From the NCBI GenBank assembly GCA_013003655.1, contig JABDIQ010000180.1, forward strand, positions 1 through 50,450: a stretch of DNA of 50,450 bases. Direction: 5' to 3'. This DNA is from Winogradskyella sp. (GTDB lineage Bacteria > Bacteroidota > Bacteroidia > Flavobacteriales > Flavobacteriaceae). Each line of letters begins with the position of its first letter. Position 1 is the first letter of the stretch. A program made the translations under genes and the position numbers. Positions 19,375-28,105 of the stretch are shown piece after piece. The notes beneath the pieces are model-generated. The model searched no databases, was not told where the DNA came from, and worked only from the letters and a program-made list of their open reading frames with translations.

Positions 19375-20238
19375 CTATCGCTGTTTAAAATATCCTAATA
19401 GCTTTTTTACATAACTTTCATCAACCCTACAATCTATAGTGCCTGCACCAGATTTGGTAAAACTGTCCTTAAAATAGTTGACGCGCTCCTTATGAAACCT
19501 GCTGTAATTATGTCTTACCTTTTTAGAAGCGGTATTGACCAAAACCATTTGCCCTGTTTCCTCGTCTTGCATTTGAACCATCCCTAAATTTGGAATTTCT
19601 TCTTCCTTTTCATCGTAGATTCTTATCCCAGTAACATCATGTCTACCACAGGCTATTTTAAGGTTTTGTTTATAGTCATCAGCCATAAAATCTGATAGCA
19701 TAAATACAATTGCTTTTTTCTTCATGACACTAGATAAAAATATCAATGCTTCAGATATATTTGTTTTTTTACTTTTTGGTTGAAATTCTATGAGTTCTCT
19801 TATGATCCGTAAAACATGAGATCGACCTTTCTTTGGTGGAATGTAAAGTTCAATTTGATCTGAAAATAAAATAAGTCCTATTTTATCATTGTTCTGCGTT
19901 GCTGAAAAAGCCAAGGTAGCTGCAATCTCTGTAACGATTTCGTCTTTAAATTGATTCTTTGTGCCGAAAAATTTACTGCCCGAAACATCGGCCATCAGCA
20001 TCATGGTTAATTCACGCTCTTCTTCAAATACTTTTACAAAAGGTTCGTTATAACGCGCCGTGACATTCCAATCTATATTTCTAACGTCATCACCAAATTG
20101 ATACTGCCTCACTTCAGAAAAAGTCATACCACGTCCTTTAAAAGTTGAATGGTACTCACCACCAAAAATATGATCAGACAAGCGTCTGGTCTTAATTTCA
20201 ATTTTACGTACTTTCTTAAGAAGTTCTTTAGTGTCCAT
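19375..20238 (-). CDS. DUF58 family protein (MoxR-associated, degenerate vWA)
   Basis: It carries the characteristic block EVRQYQFGDDVRNIDWNVTARYNEPFVKVFEEEREL and lies directly downstream of moxR. Confidence 0.85.
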   Translation of the reverse strand: MDTKELLKKVRKIEIKTRRLSDHIFGGEYHSTFKGRGMTFSEVRQYQFGDDVRNIDWNVTARYNEPFVKVFEEERELTMMLMADVSGSKFFGTKNQFKDEIVTEIAATLAFSATQNNDKIGLILFSDQIELYIPPKKGRSHVLRIIRELIEFQPKSKKTNISEALIFLSSVMKKKAIVFMLSDFMADDYKQNLKIACGRHDVTGIRIYDEKEEEIPNLGMVQMQDEETGQMVLVNTASKKVRHNYSRFHKERVNYFKDSFTKSGAGTIDCRVDESYVKKLLGYFKQR

Positions 20239-20346
20239 TTATATTAGCTTTCGCTCATTAAGTATTAAGTATTTAGCACAAAGTAGCAAGATGATGTTAG
20301 CTTGATACTTATTCCTTTGTACTTTCTACTGATGCGCAGCATCTAT

Positions 20347-21348
20347 TTATGGTACTTCTATTTCATTAACGATCTTGTTAATGATGTCTTCTGAAGTTAC
20401 ATTTTCGGCCTCAGCTTCATAGGTAATTCCTATTCTATGTCTTAAGACGTCGTGGACTACTGCCCTCACGTCTTCAGGAATAACATAGCCTCTTCGTTTA
20501 ATAAAGGCATAACATTTTGAAGCGATGGCTAAATTTATACTTCCTCTTGGTGAAGCTCCAAAAGAGATAAGCGGTTTAAGATCTGGTAATCTATATTTTT
20601 CAGGATAACGCGTGGCAAAAACAATGTCTAGGATATATTTTTCAATCTTCTCATCCATATAGACTTCTCTTACGGCTTTTTGGGCTTTAAGGATTTGCCC
20701 AATAGAAACAACAGGGTTTACTTGTTCATACATTCCTTTAAGATTAGCTCTTATAATTAGCTGCTCTTCATCCAATTTTGGATAATCAATTACTGTTTTC
20801 AGCATAAATCGGTCAACTTGCGCTTCTGGTAAAGGATATGTCCCTTCTTGTTCTACAGGGTTTTGAGTTGCCATAACCAAAAATGGTTTGTCTAGCACAA
20901 AGGTTTCATCACCAATTGTAACTTGTTTTTCTTGCATGGCCTCTAATAATGCCGATTGTACTTTGGCAGGAGCTCTGTTAATTTCATCCGCTAAAACAAA
21001 ATTTGCGAAAATTGGACCTTTCTTGATAGAAAAGTCATTAACTTTTATATTATAGATTAGCGTTCCAACGACGTCAGCGGGTAAAAGGTCTGGTGTAAAT
21101 TGAATACGACTAAAACTTGCATCCATGGCCTTAGATAGAGTGGTGATAGCAAGAGTTTTTGCAAGTCCTGGCACGCCTTCTAATAATATGTGTCCTTGTC
21201 CTAAAAGACCAATTAACAAGCGTTCTACCATGTGCTTTTGGCCAACAATAACCTTATTCATTTCTAAGGTTAATAGATCAACAAATGCACTTTCTTTTTC
21301 TATTTTTTCATTAATTGATTTAATATCTACTGTCCCTGTTTCTTCCAT
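20347..21348 (-). CDS. moxR: MoxR-family AAA+ ATPase
   Basis: It has Walker A GVPGLAKT, Walker B VLADEINRA and a MoxR-type C-terminal lid (GASPRGSINL). The length of 333 aa fits. Confidence 0.92.
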   Translation of the reverse strand: MEETGTVDIKSINEKIEKESAFVDLLTLEMNKVIVGQKHMVERLLIGLLGQGHILLEGVPGLAKTLAITTLSKAMDASFSRIQFTPDLLPADVVGTLIYNIKVNDFSIKKGPIFANFVLADEINRAPAKVQSALLEAMQEKQVTIGDETFVLDKPFLVMATQNPVEQEGTYPLPEAQVDRFMLKTVIDYPKLDEEQLIIRANLKGMYEQVNPVVSIGQILKAQKAVREVYMDEKIEKYILDIVFATRYPEKYRLPDLKPLISFGASPRGSINLAIASKCYAFIKRRGYVIPEDVRAVVHDVLRHRIGITYEAEAENVTSEDIINKIVNEIEVP

Positions 21349-21620
21349 ATCGATTTAATTTATACTGTATCAATGTCATAGCGTGATTACCAACGTGCAA
21401 ATTGTTAAAATTATTCATGGTTTGGTGTTAATAATTGGTTAAAAAAGAATTCGTAATCCCATGAAATATCTCCTTTTAAGAGAATTTATTGATTATTGTA
21501 ATCTCTCAACTTTTCTTAGGCTCCTATATAGGAGATTTAATACATGCAATTAATGTCAAAATAATAGTAACAACCTAAATCTATTCGCTTGGTTTAAGTG
21601 AGATTATAGTATTTTTATAG

Positions 21621-22508
21621 TTGAATTTAAAATTATGTAACGCATTGAAATATTCACCAATTATTGCTGGCACTATGACTTGGGGAAGTTGGGGCAAGCA
21701 ACTTTCTAAAAATGAAATGGCAGATCTCATACAATTTTGTGTTGCTAATTCTATCTCCACCTTTGATCACGCTGATATTTATGGTGCCTATACTACCGAA
21801 GCAGATTTTGGCAACGCTTTTAAAGCATCAGGAATTAAAAGAGAGCAAATACAATTGATATCAAAGTGTGGCATTCAGTACCAAAGTGATAATAGAAAGA
21901 ACAAAGTAAAGCATTATGACTATAGTAAAGATTACATCATTTGGTCTGTAGAAACCTCATTGAAGCATCTAAAAACCGAATATCTAGATTTGTTATTACT
22001 GCATAGACCTAGTCCATTAATGGTAGCTGAAGAGATTGCCGAAGCCGTAACTATTTTAAGGCGTGATGGGAAAATAAGAGATTTTGGCGTGTCTAATTTT
22101 ACAGCTTCTCAAATGGAAATGGTAGGCCTTAGAACAAACATAGATGTTAATCAAATAGAATTTTCATTAACACAGCATAAGGCAATGCATGATGGCACAT
22201 TAGATTATATGATAACAAGTGGCATAAAAGCTATGGCTTGGTCTCCATTAGGCGGTGTATTCAAAGAAGATTCTGAGCAAACAAGGCGTATACACAAACA
22301 ATTAGGAACGCTATTAGATAAATATAAGGCCACAGAAGATCAGTTGCTACTATCATGGATTCTTAAACACCCTGCACAAATTACACCAGTAGTAGGCACT
22401 ACTAATAAAGAACGATTAAAAAAAGCTATTGAAGCTACAAAAATTGAATTAGAACTTGAAGATTGGTTTTTAATTTTGGTAGCTGCTCAAGGACATAAAG
22501 TACCCTAA
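21621..22508 (+). CDS. Aldo/keto reductase family oxidoreductase
   Basis: AKR blocks are present (FDHADIYG, LDLLLLHRP, IRDFGVSNF, AWSPLGGG-like WSPLGGV). The start is uncertain: a TTG at 21621 or a TTG at 21645, with no in-frame ATG before the conserved core. Confidence 0.82.
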   Translation: MNLKLCNALKYSPIIAGTMTWGSWGKQLSKNEMADLIQFCVANSISTFDHADIYGAYTTEADFGNAFKASGIKREQIQLISKCGIQYQSDNRKNKVKHYDYSKDYIIWSVETSLKHLKTEYLDLLLLHRPSPLMVAEEIAEAVTILRRDGKIRDFGVSNFTASQMEMVGLRTNIDVNQIEFSLTQHKAMHDGTLDYMITSGIKAMAWSPLGGVFKEDSEQTRRIHKQLGTLLDKYKATEDQLLLSWILKHPAQITPVVGTTNKERLKKAIEATKIELELEDWFLILVAAQGHKVP

Positions 22509-22513
22509 TTTAT

Positions 22514-23272
22514 ATGAAACATAAACTAACTGCATTAATAACTGGAGCCACAAGTGGTATTGGCGAGGCTACAGCCATTGAATTTGCTAAACATGGCATT
22601 CAACTTATACTTTGCGGCAGACGCGAGGAGCGATTAAACGCCTTAAAAATATTATTAGCAAACCAAACAGAAGTAATAACACTTTGCTTTGATGTTAGAG
22701 ATCGGCAAAAAACATTAGATGCCATAGCATCGTTACCTGTTAATTTTAGTGATATAGACATACTTATTAATAATGCTGGGAATGCTCATGGTCTAGATCC
22801 AATTGAAAACGGAAACCTAGATGACTGGGATGCCATGATGGACATAAACGTTAAAGGACTTTTATACGTGAGCAAAGGAGTTATCCCAGGAATGACAAAA
22901 CGAGGCAAAGGACACATTATAAATATAGGGTCATCTGCGGGTAAAGAAGTCTATCCTAAGGGTAACGTTTACTGTGCTAGCAAGCATGCTGTATTAGCAA
23001 TTTCCGAAGGCATGCGTATAGACTTGAATCCCTACGGAATTAAAGTGAGTGCTATAAATCCTGGTTTGGTCGAAACTGAATTTTCTAAAGTACGATTTAA
23101 AGGAGATAAAAAAGCAGATGCTGTTTACAAAGGATATAAAGCTTTGCAAGCTGAAGATATAGCAGAGATCATATACTTTACCATATCAAGACCAGCACAT
23201 GTAAATTTAGCTGATGTTTTAGTTTTTCCGACGGCACAAGCTAACTCCACAACAGTAAAAAAATCTTTATAG
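22514..23272 (+). CDS. Short-chain dehydrogenase/reductase (classical SDR, YdfG-like)
   Basis: It has the cofactor motif TGATSGIGEA, NNAG, and the catalytic YCASKHAV (YxxxK). The start is 5 nt after the AKR stop. Confidence 0.9.
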   Translation: MKHKLTALITGATSGIGEATAIEFAKHGIQLILCGRREERLNALKILLANQTEVITLCFDVRDRQKTLDAIASLPVNFSDIDILINNAGNAHGLDPIENGNLDDWDAMMDINVKGLLYVSKGVIPGMTKRGKGHIINIGSSAGKEVYPKGNVYCASKHAVLAISEGMRIDLNPYGIKVSAINPGLVETEFSKVRFKGDKKADAVYKGYKALQAEDIAEIIYFTISRPAHVNLADVLVFPTAQANSTTVKKSL

Positions 23273-23293
23273 CCCTTTTAATGGGTTTAAATT

Positions 23294-24427
23294 ATGATTA
23301 ATAAACGCTTACTTATTAAAAATCTATTAGCTCACAATGATGAAAATAGTTTTTATGATAAGAAGCGAAAAATAGATATTACCCATAAAGAAGGAAAGGC
23401 TAAATTCTTAAAACACATATGCGCTCTTTCTAATAGTAATCCAAAAAACAATTCGTATATCGTAATTGGTGTAGAAGATGAAGACAACAATATTGTGGGT
23501 GTCGACTTTTTTGATGATAGTAAAATTCAAAATTTAATAAACGCCTACCTCACCAATCCTCCTATTGTACAATACGAAAACATTCCGTTTCCACATCTGC
23601 CAGACGACAGAGTTGTTGGCTTAGTAACCATTAGACCTATCAACGAAATCACCTCATTACGTAAGAATATTTGGAAATACTATGGAGGCTCTGTTTTCTT
23701 TAGAGACGGCAGTATAAGTATGCCTAAAGTGTTTGATATTAAAATAAAAGATGTTAATTCTGTTATTGTCAATGCTATTGAAAACCATGCGCAAAACAAT
23801 ATTGAACTTACCTTGAATGGTGTAATTGACTTTATGAATAAACGCCAAGATTACAATCCGGTATATAAAGTTTTTAAAGAATATTTTGTTCTATGTTGGT
23901 CGGGAGACCGAAAACAAGTAAAGGATGATGTGTTTTACTCCAGAGTTGATATAGAATTGATAAATGAACAAGTTCGTTTATTTTATTCGGCATTAGATGA
24001 GGTAGCTATTGAATATACCGATGACTCATTTAAGATCATAGAGTATGTTCATTTGGGACTAAATAACCAATTTAAATATTACGAACTCGAAGAAACAATT
24101 ATTAAGTTTCATGACAATGCCAATTATAGCATTAATGCCAATCTTTTATTTGAAGCACCACAATTTGATAAAAAGGTGCTGCATCATATTTACAATGCAA
24201 ATAATGCCATTCTAAATAAATTAAAAAAAGGATTAACCTTAAATAAGCCTGAAGAAAGAGACTTAAATAATATATCTGCCACCTATCTTATTTGTTATCT
24301 TAATTTGTTTCACGATGCTATTGATAGACTAAAAGAGATTAAGCCATATCTTAGAGCTATAGGAGGCGATGTTTATACGTCTTACAAAGAAACAATGCGC
24401 ATTTTAAGAAAAGTAAAATACAGTTAA
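23294..24427 (+). CDS. AlbA_2 / Schlafen-like (putative nucleic-acid-binding) N-terminal domain protein with an unassigned roughly 230 aa C-terminal region
   Basis: The N-terminal about 150 aa follows the AlbA_2 pattern (ENSFYDKKRKID ... FLKHICALSNSNPKNNSYIVIGVEDEDNNIVGVDF ... VGLVTIRP ... VFFRDGSISMP). The start is 21 nt after the SDR stop. Confidence 0.62.
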   Translation: MINKRLLIKNLLAHNDENSFYDKKRKIDITHKEGKAKFLKHICALSNSNPKNNSYIVIGVEDEDNNIVGVDFFDDSKIQNLINAYLTNPPIVQYENIPFPHLPDDRVVGLVTIRPINEITSLRKNIWKYYGGSVFFRDGSISMPKVFDIKIKDVNSVIVNAIENHAQNNIELTLNGVIDFMNKRQDYNPVYKVFKEYFVLCWSGDRKQVKDDVFYSRVDIELINEQVRLFYSALDEVAIEYTDDSFKIIEYVHLGLNNQFKYYELEETIIKFHDNANYSINANLLFEAPQFDKKVLHHIYNANNAILNKLKKGLTLNKPEERDLNNISATYLICYLNLFHDAIDRLKEIKPYLRAIGGDVYTSYKETMRILRKVKYS

Positions 24428-24555
24428 ATCAACTTTTTAACGATATTTTTGACACGCTCTTGCTATATATAGACTATTTTGACATCTGAGCAAGATTTTT
24501 GACCCATCTAAATTATAATACAGACCTTTATAAGGCTATTATTCAACATAATACG

Positions 24556-24600
24556 ACCTTGTCTCTCCCAAACATTGTTGGCATTGAGGCAAGGTTTTTT
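24556..24600 (+). terminator. Rho-independent terminator for the AKR-SDR-AlbA_2 transcription unit
   Basis: A 10 bp stem pairs ACCTTGTCTC (24556-65) with GAGGCAAGGT (24586-95), including one G-U pair. An inner CCAA/TTGG helix is present, and a T-tract follows at 24595-24600. Confidence 0.65.
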
Positions 24601-24650
24601 ATTTCCTATGTTTTTAGAAATCTCCAATACCAATTATTGCAAAGCATAAA

Positions 24651-24680
24651 ACCACTCTAAACAGAGTGGTCTTTATTTTT
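24651..24680 (-). terminator. Hairpin terminator downstream of the ALDH gene, also T-tailed on the plus strand (bidirectional)
   Basis: The element reads ACCACTCT-AAAC-AGAGTGGT. It is followed by CTTTATTTTT on the plus strand and TTTATGCTTT on the minus strand. It lies 15-45 nt beyond the ALDH stop at 24695. Confidence 0.6.
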
Positions 24681-24694
24681 AACTAGAACCTTAC

Positions 24695-26248
24695 TTAGAG
24701 GTCAAACTTTATGCCTTGAGCTAGAGGCAACTCAGTGGTGTAATTTATGGTATTGGTTTGTCGACGCATATAGATCTTCCAAGCATCAGACCCAGATTCG
24801 CGACCACCGCCAGTTTCTTTTTCACCACCAAAGGCGCCACCAATTTCCGCACCTGATGTTCCGATATTAACATTGGCAATACCACAATCTGAACCTGCTA
24901 CAGACAAGAATCGTTCTGCTTCTCGCAGATTATTAGTCATAATTGCAGATGATAATCCTTGTGCTACATTGTTTTGAATATCAATGGCATTTTCTACATC
25001 TCCAGAATATTTTAGTAAGTAAAGCACTGGTGCAAATGTTTCATGCTGTACAATTTCAAAGTCTGGTTGTGCTTCTGCAATTGCTGGTTTTACATAACAT
25101 CCACTTTCATATCCTTCTCCTTCTAGAACACCGCCTTCAACTACTATTTTTCCACCTTCAGCCACTACCTTTTTTAATGCAGTATTGTACATTTCTACGG
25201 CTTCTTTGTCAATCAAAGGTCCTACATGATTATTTTCGTCAAGTGGATTTCCTATTCGTAATTGTTTGTATGCATCTACTACTGCAGACTTTACTTTATC
25301 ATATATGCTTTCGTGAATAATCAATCGTCTTGTTGATGTGCATCGTTGACCACAAGTTCCTACAGCACCAAATACTGCTCCTATAACAGTCATTTTAATA
25401 TCTGCATCTGGTGTTACGATGATGGCGTTGTTTCCGCCTAATTCTAATAATGTTTTGCCAAGACGACCGGCTACCTCTTGTGCTACAATCTTTCCCATTC
25501 TGGTAGAACCTGTAGCAGAAATTAATGGAATGCGTTTGTCTTTGGTCATCATCTCACCAACTCTGTAATCGCCATTGATTAAACATGAAATACCATCTGG
25601 TAAGTTATTAGCTTTAAATACCTCAGCAGCTATATGCTGGCAAGCAATGCCACACAAGGGCGCTTTTTCTGATGGTTTCCAAACACAAACATCACCACAA
25701 ACCCAAGCTAAAGCTGTGTTCCATGACCAAACTGCAACAGGAAAATTAAATGCTGATATTATCCCAACCACACCTAATGGATGATATTGCTCGTACATTC
25801 TATGCCCAGGTCTTTCACTGTGCATTGTTAAACCATGCAGCTGACGCGATAATCCTACAGCAAAATCACAGATATCTATCATTTCTTGAACCTCGCCTAA
25901 ACCTTCTTGAAATGACTTACCCATTTCATAAGACACCAACTTACCGAGAGCTTGTTTTTTTTCTCTTAATTTATCACCAAACTGCCTTACAATTTCTCCT
26001 CTCTGCGGTGCTGGCATTGTTCTCCAGGTTTTAAAAGCTGAGGTTGCTGCTTCCATTACCTTATCGTAGTCTTTTTTAGTCGTGGTTTTTACAGCACCAA
26101 TTAGCTTACCATCTACTGGTGAATAGCTTTCAATGATATCTCCTTCTGAAAACCAATCCGACCCTGTTGAGGTTCCTTGGTTTACATCCTTAACTCCAAG
26201 AGATTGTAATGCTTCCTTTATTTTAAAATCGGTTGCTAATGCTTCCAT
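24695..26248 (-). CDS. Aldehyde dehydrogenase, ALDH7 / alpha-aminoadipic-semialdehyde (piperideine-6-carboxylate) dehydrogenase type
   Basis: It has the catalytic Glu block LELGGNNA, the catalytic Cys block GTCGQRCTSTRR and an ALDH7-like N-terminus (GTSTGSDWFSEGDIIESYSPVDGKLIG). The length of 517 aa fits. Confidence 0.88.
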   Translation of the reverse strand: MEALATDFKIKEALQSLGVKDVNQGTSTGSDWFSEGDIIESYSPVDGKLIGAVKTTTKKDYDKVMEAATSAFKTWRTMPAPQRGEIVRQFGDKLREKKQALGKLVSYEMGKSFQEGLGEVQEMIDICDFAVGLSRQLHGLTMHSERPGHRMYEQYHPLGVVGIISAFNFPVAVWSWNTALAWVCGDVCVWKPSEKAPLCGIACQHIAAEVFKANNLPDGISCLINGDYRVGEMMTKDKRIPLISATGSTRMGKIVAQEVAGRLGKTLLELGGNNAIIVTPDADIKMTVIGAVFGAVGTCGQRCTSTRRLIIHESIYDKVKSAVVDAYKQLRIGNPLDENNHVGPLIDKEAVEMYNTALKKVVAEGGKIVVEGGVLEGEGYESGCYVKPAIAEAQPDFEIVQHETFAPVLYLLKYSGDVENAIDIQNNVAQGLSSAIMTNNLREAERFLSVAGSDCGIANVNIGTSGAEIGGAFGGEKETGGGRESGSDAWKIYMRRQTNTINYTTELPLAQGIKFDL

Positions 26249-26441
26249 ATATGATTTGATTTAAATTTATATTTATCATTCAAATTTACGAATAAAAAAC
26301 AGCTAACAATGTTTGCCTTGAGGATTATAAAAACTGATCTTTTTAAGTTCGTGGATTAATCTAAACTAAGTGTACTAAACTTATATTTTTCTCTAATTAA
26401 ATAATCTAAATTGACTATTTTTAACCCAATAATTAGAAATT

Positions 26442-26882
26442 ATGTTTTACAAAACCATTCAATTTTTACATTCGTATTGGGCTTATTTAGTGCTTATGGT
26501 ACTCGTGGTTGCAACATTTAATGCCATAAGTAAGTATTTTGGTAATAAAGAATTTGAAGCCAAAGATTTTAGAATATCGTTATTTGCATTGATAACCATG
26601 CACATTCAACTTTTGTTAGGCATAATACTTTACTTAGCCTCTGACTATTTTAGTATAATTAGTGATCTAGGTATGGGAGAAGTAATGAAAAATTCCTTAT
26701 TACGCTCAAATATTATAGAACACCCAACGACCATGATATTAGCTGTGGTTTTTGTAACTGTTGGCTACTCTAAACACAAGAAAAAGCTAGTGTCTAAACC
26801 AAAGTTTAAGTTCTTGGCCATTTTTTACACCCTAGCCTTAATACTTGTATTAGCTAAGATTCCTTGGAACACCTGGTTTTAG
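26442..26882 (+). CDS. Hypothetical 4-TM membrane protein
   Basis: This 146 aa protein has four hydrophobic segments. No motif was recognised. Confidence 0.5.
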   Translation: MFYKTIQFLHSYWAYLVLMVLVVATFNAISKYFGNKEFEAKDFRISLFALITMHIQLLLGIILYLASDYFSIISDLGMGEVMKNSLLRSNIIEHPTTMILAVVFVTVGYSKHKKKLVSKPKFKFLAIFYTLALILVLAKIPWNTWF

Positions 26883-26919
26883 GGTATATTTTTCTGTCGT
26901 AATTATTGATGTTTGGTGA

Positions 26920-27978
26920 CTATAAATTAGCCTCTTTAATAAGGTAAACGTAAACCGGAAAGTGATCACTAAATCCATCTGTAAATCCGCCATCAGCAAA
27001 ACTTCTAAACGGGTAGCCTTCCCAACGACCTCTTTTGTTTGACAAAAAGGCTTTGTTATATATTCCGGCTTTCCAGAAGCGATAAGACGAGTAGTCATCT
27101 TCAATTAATGGTTTGGTCAACATGATCTGATCAAATAAACTCCAAGCATCTCTGTAGGCTGTTGTTCCATAACCTTTCTCGGTAAACATTTTCTCAAAAG
27201 GATTATAAATACCTTTAAGTGGTACTCTTTTTTTATCTTTTTTGGTTTTCAATATTTTCTTTACACTATCATTTGTAGGATCATCATTTAAATCTCCCAT
27301 AATTAAAATCTTAGCATAAGGATCTTTAGACTGTAAGGAATCTACAAGACGCTTATTAAGTTTTGCCGCAGCCACACGTTTAGATCTGCTACGTGCTTCT
27401 CCACCACTTCTAGAGGGCCAATGATTTACAACAATGTGAATTAAATCACCATCTAATTCTCCACTTACCAGTAATTGATCTCTCGTATAAACTCTGTCTC
27501 TGGTGAGATCATCATAGATAATTAACTCATGAGAAGATGTATTTATAGGTCTAAATAAGTCTTTTTGATATAAAAGCGCAACATCTATACTTCGCCTATC
27601 TGGACCATCAAAGTGAACAATCCCATAATCTTTTGACAAGAGTAAAGGGTCATTAACTAAATCTTCAAGAACCTTCCTGTTTTCAATTTCGCATACGCCT
27701 ATAACGGCTGGAGCATTGTTAGACATATCACTACCTATTTCAGCAATAACACGTGCCATGTTTTTTACTTTCTTCTTGTAAATATCAGAGCGATTTGCCT
27801 TAAGCTCCATTATTGGGCTGGCCTCATCATATTTTAAAGGATCATTGATCGTATCAAAAAGATTCTCTAAATTATAAAAAGCCACAGTGTGTATTTTAAA
27901 CTTTTTCTTGTTCTGTGCTTCAACACCGTAACAAATTAGAATCATCAGAGATAAAAGAAGCCATTTTTGTAGTTTCAT
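26920..27978 (-). CDS. Secreted endonuclease/exonuclease/phosphatase (EEP) family protein
   Basis: It has a signal peptide (ICYGVEAQ). EEP catalytic blocks are present (VAFYNLENLF, GVCEIEN, VVNHWPSRSGG, IMGDLND, FSDHFPVYVYL). Confidence 0.85.
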   Translation of the reverse strand: MKLQKWLLLSLMILICYGVEAQNKKKFKIHTVAFYNLENLFDTINDPLKYDEASPIMELKANRSDIYKKKVKNMARVIAEIGSDMSNNAPAVIGVCEIENRKVLEDLVNDPLLLSKDYGIVHFDGPDRRSIDVALLYQKDLFRPINTSSHELIIYDDLTRDRVYTRDQLLVSGELDGDLIHIVVNHWPSRSGGEARSRSKRVAAAKLNKRLVDSLQSKDPYAKILIMGDLNDDPTNDSVKKILKTKKDKKRVPLKGIYNPFEKMFTEKGYGTTAYRDAWSLFDQIMLTKPLIEDDYSSYRFWKAGIYNKAFLSNKRGRWEGYPFRSFADGGFTDGFSDHFPVYVYLIKEANL

Positions 27979-28105
27979 CTTAAGGTATTATGTAATTGTT
28001 ATTTTACGTTCAAATTACTTGCCAAAAGTATATAATTCTCATAAATAATGTAACTTGCTGCTCTTAAATTAATCTTAACTAAACAATCAATATTAATTAT
28101 TAGGC

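Noticed and set aside
20239-20346. A possible structured RNA or imperfect long hairpin in the 108 nt gap between moxR and the DUF58 gene
   Set aside because: The pairing I could draw (TAAGTAT...ATACTTA, CAAG...CTTG) has large asymmetric internal loops and is AT-rich. It is not distinguishable from chance by eye.
21461-21553. A 30-codon ORF (MKYLLLREFIDYCNLSTFLRLLYRRFNTCN) in the moxR/AKR intergenic region, spanning the 14 bp palindrome
   Set aside because: It is too short and has no supporting signal. ORFs of this size are expected by chance, so I kept only the palindrome as an observation.
24943-26034. Plus-strand ORFs 24943-25320, 25575-25784 and 25750-26034 inside the ALDH gene
   Set aside because: They are antisense to a full-length aldehyde dehydrogenase with intact catalytic motifs, and their products are low complexity.
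26850-27104. An 84 aa minus-strand ORF overlapping the 3' end of the EEP gene in another frame
   Set aside because: The EEP frame carries the conserved C-terminal SDHFPV catalytic block through this region, so the alternate frame is spurious.
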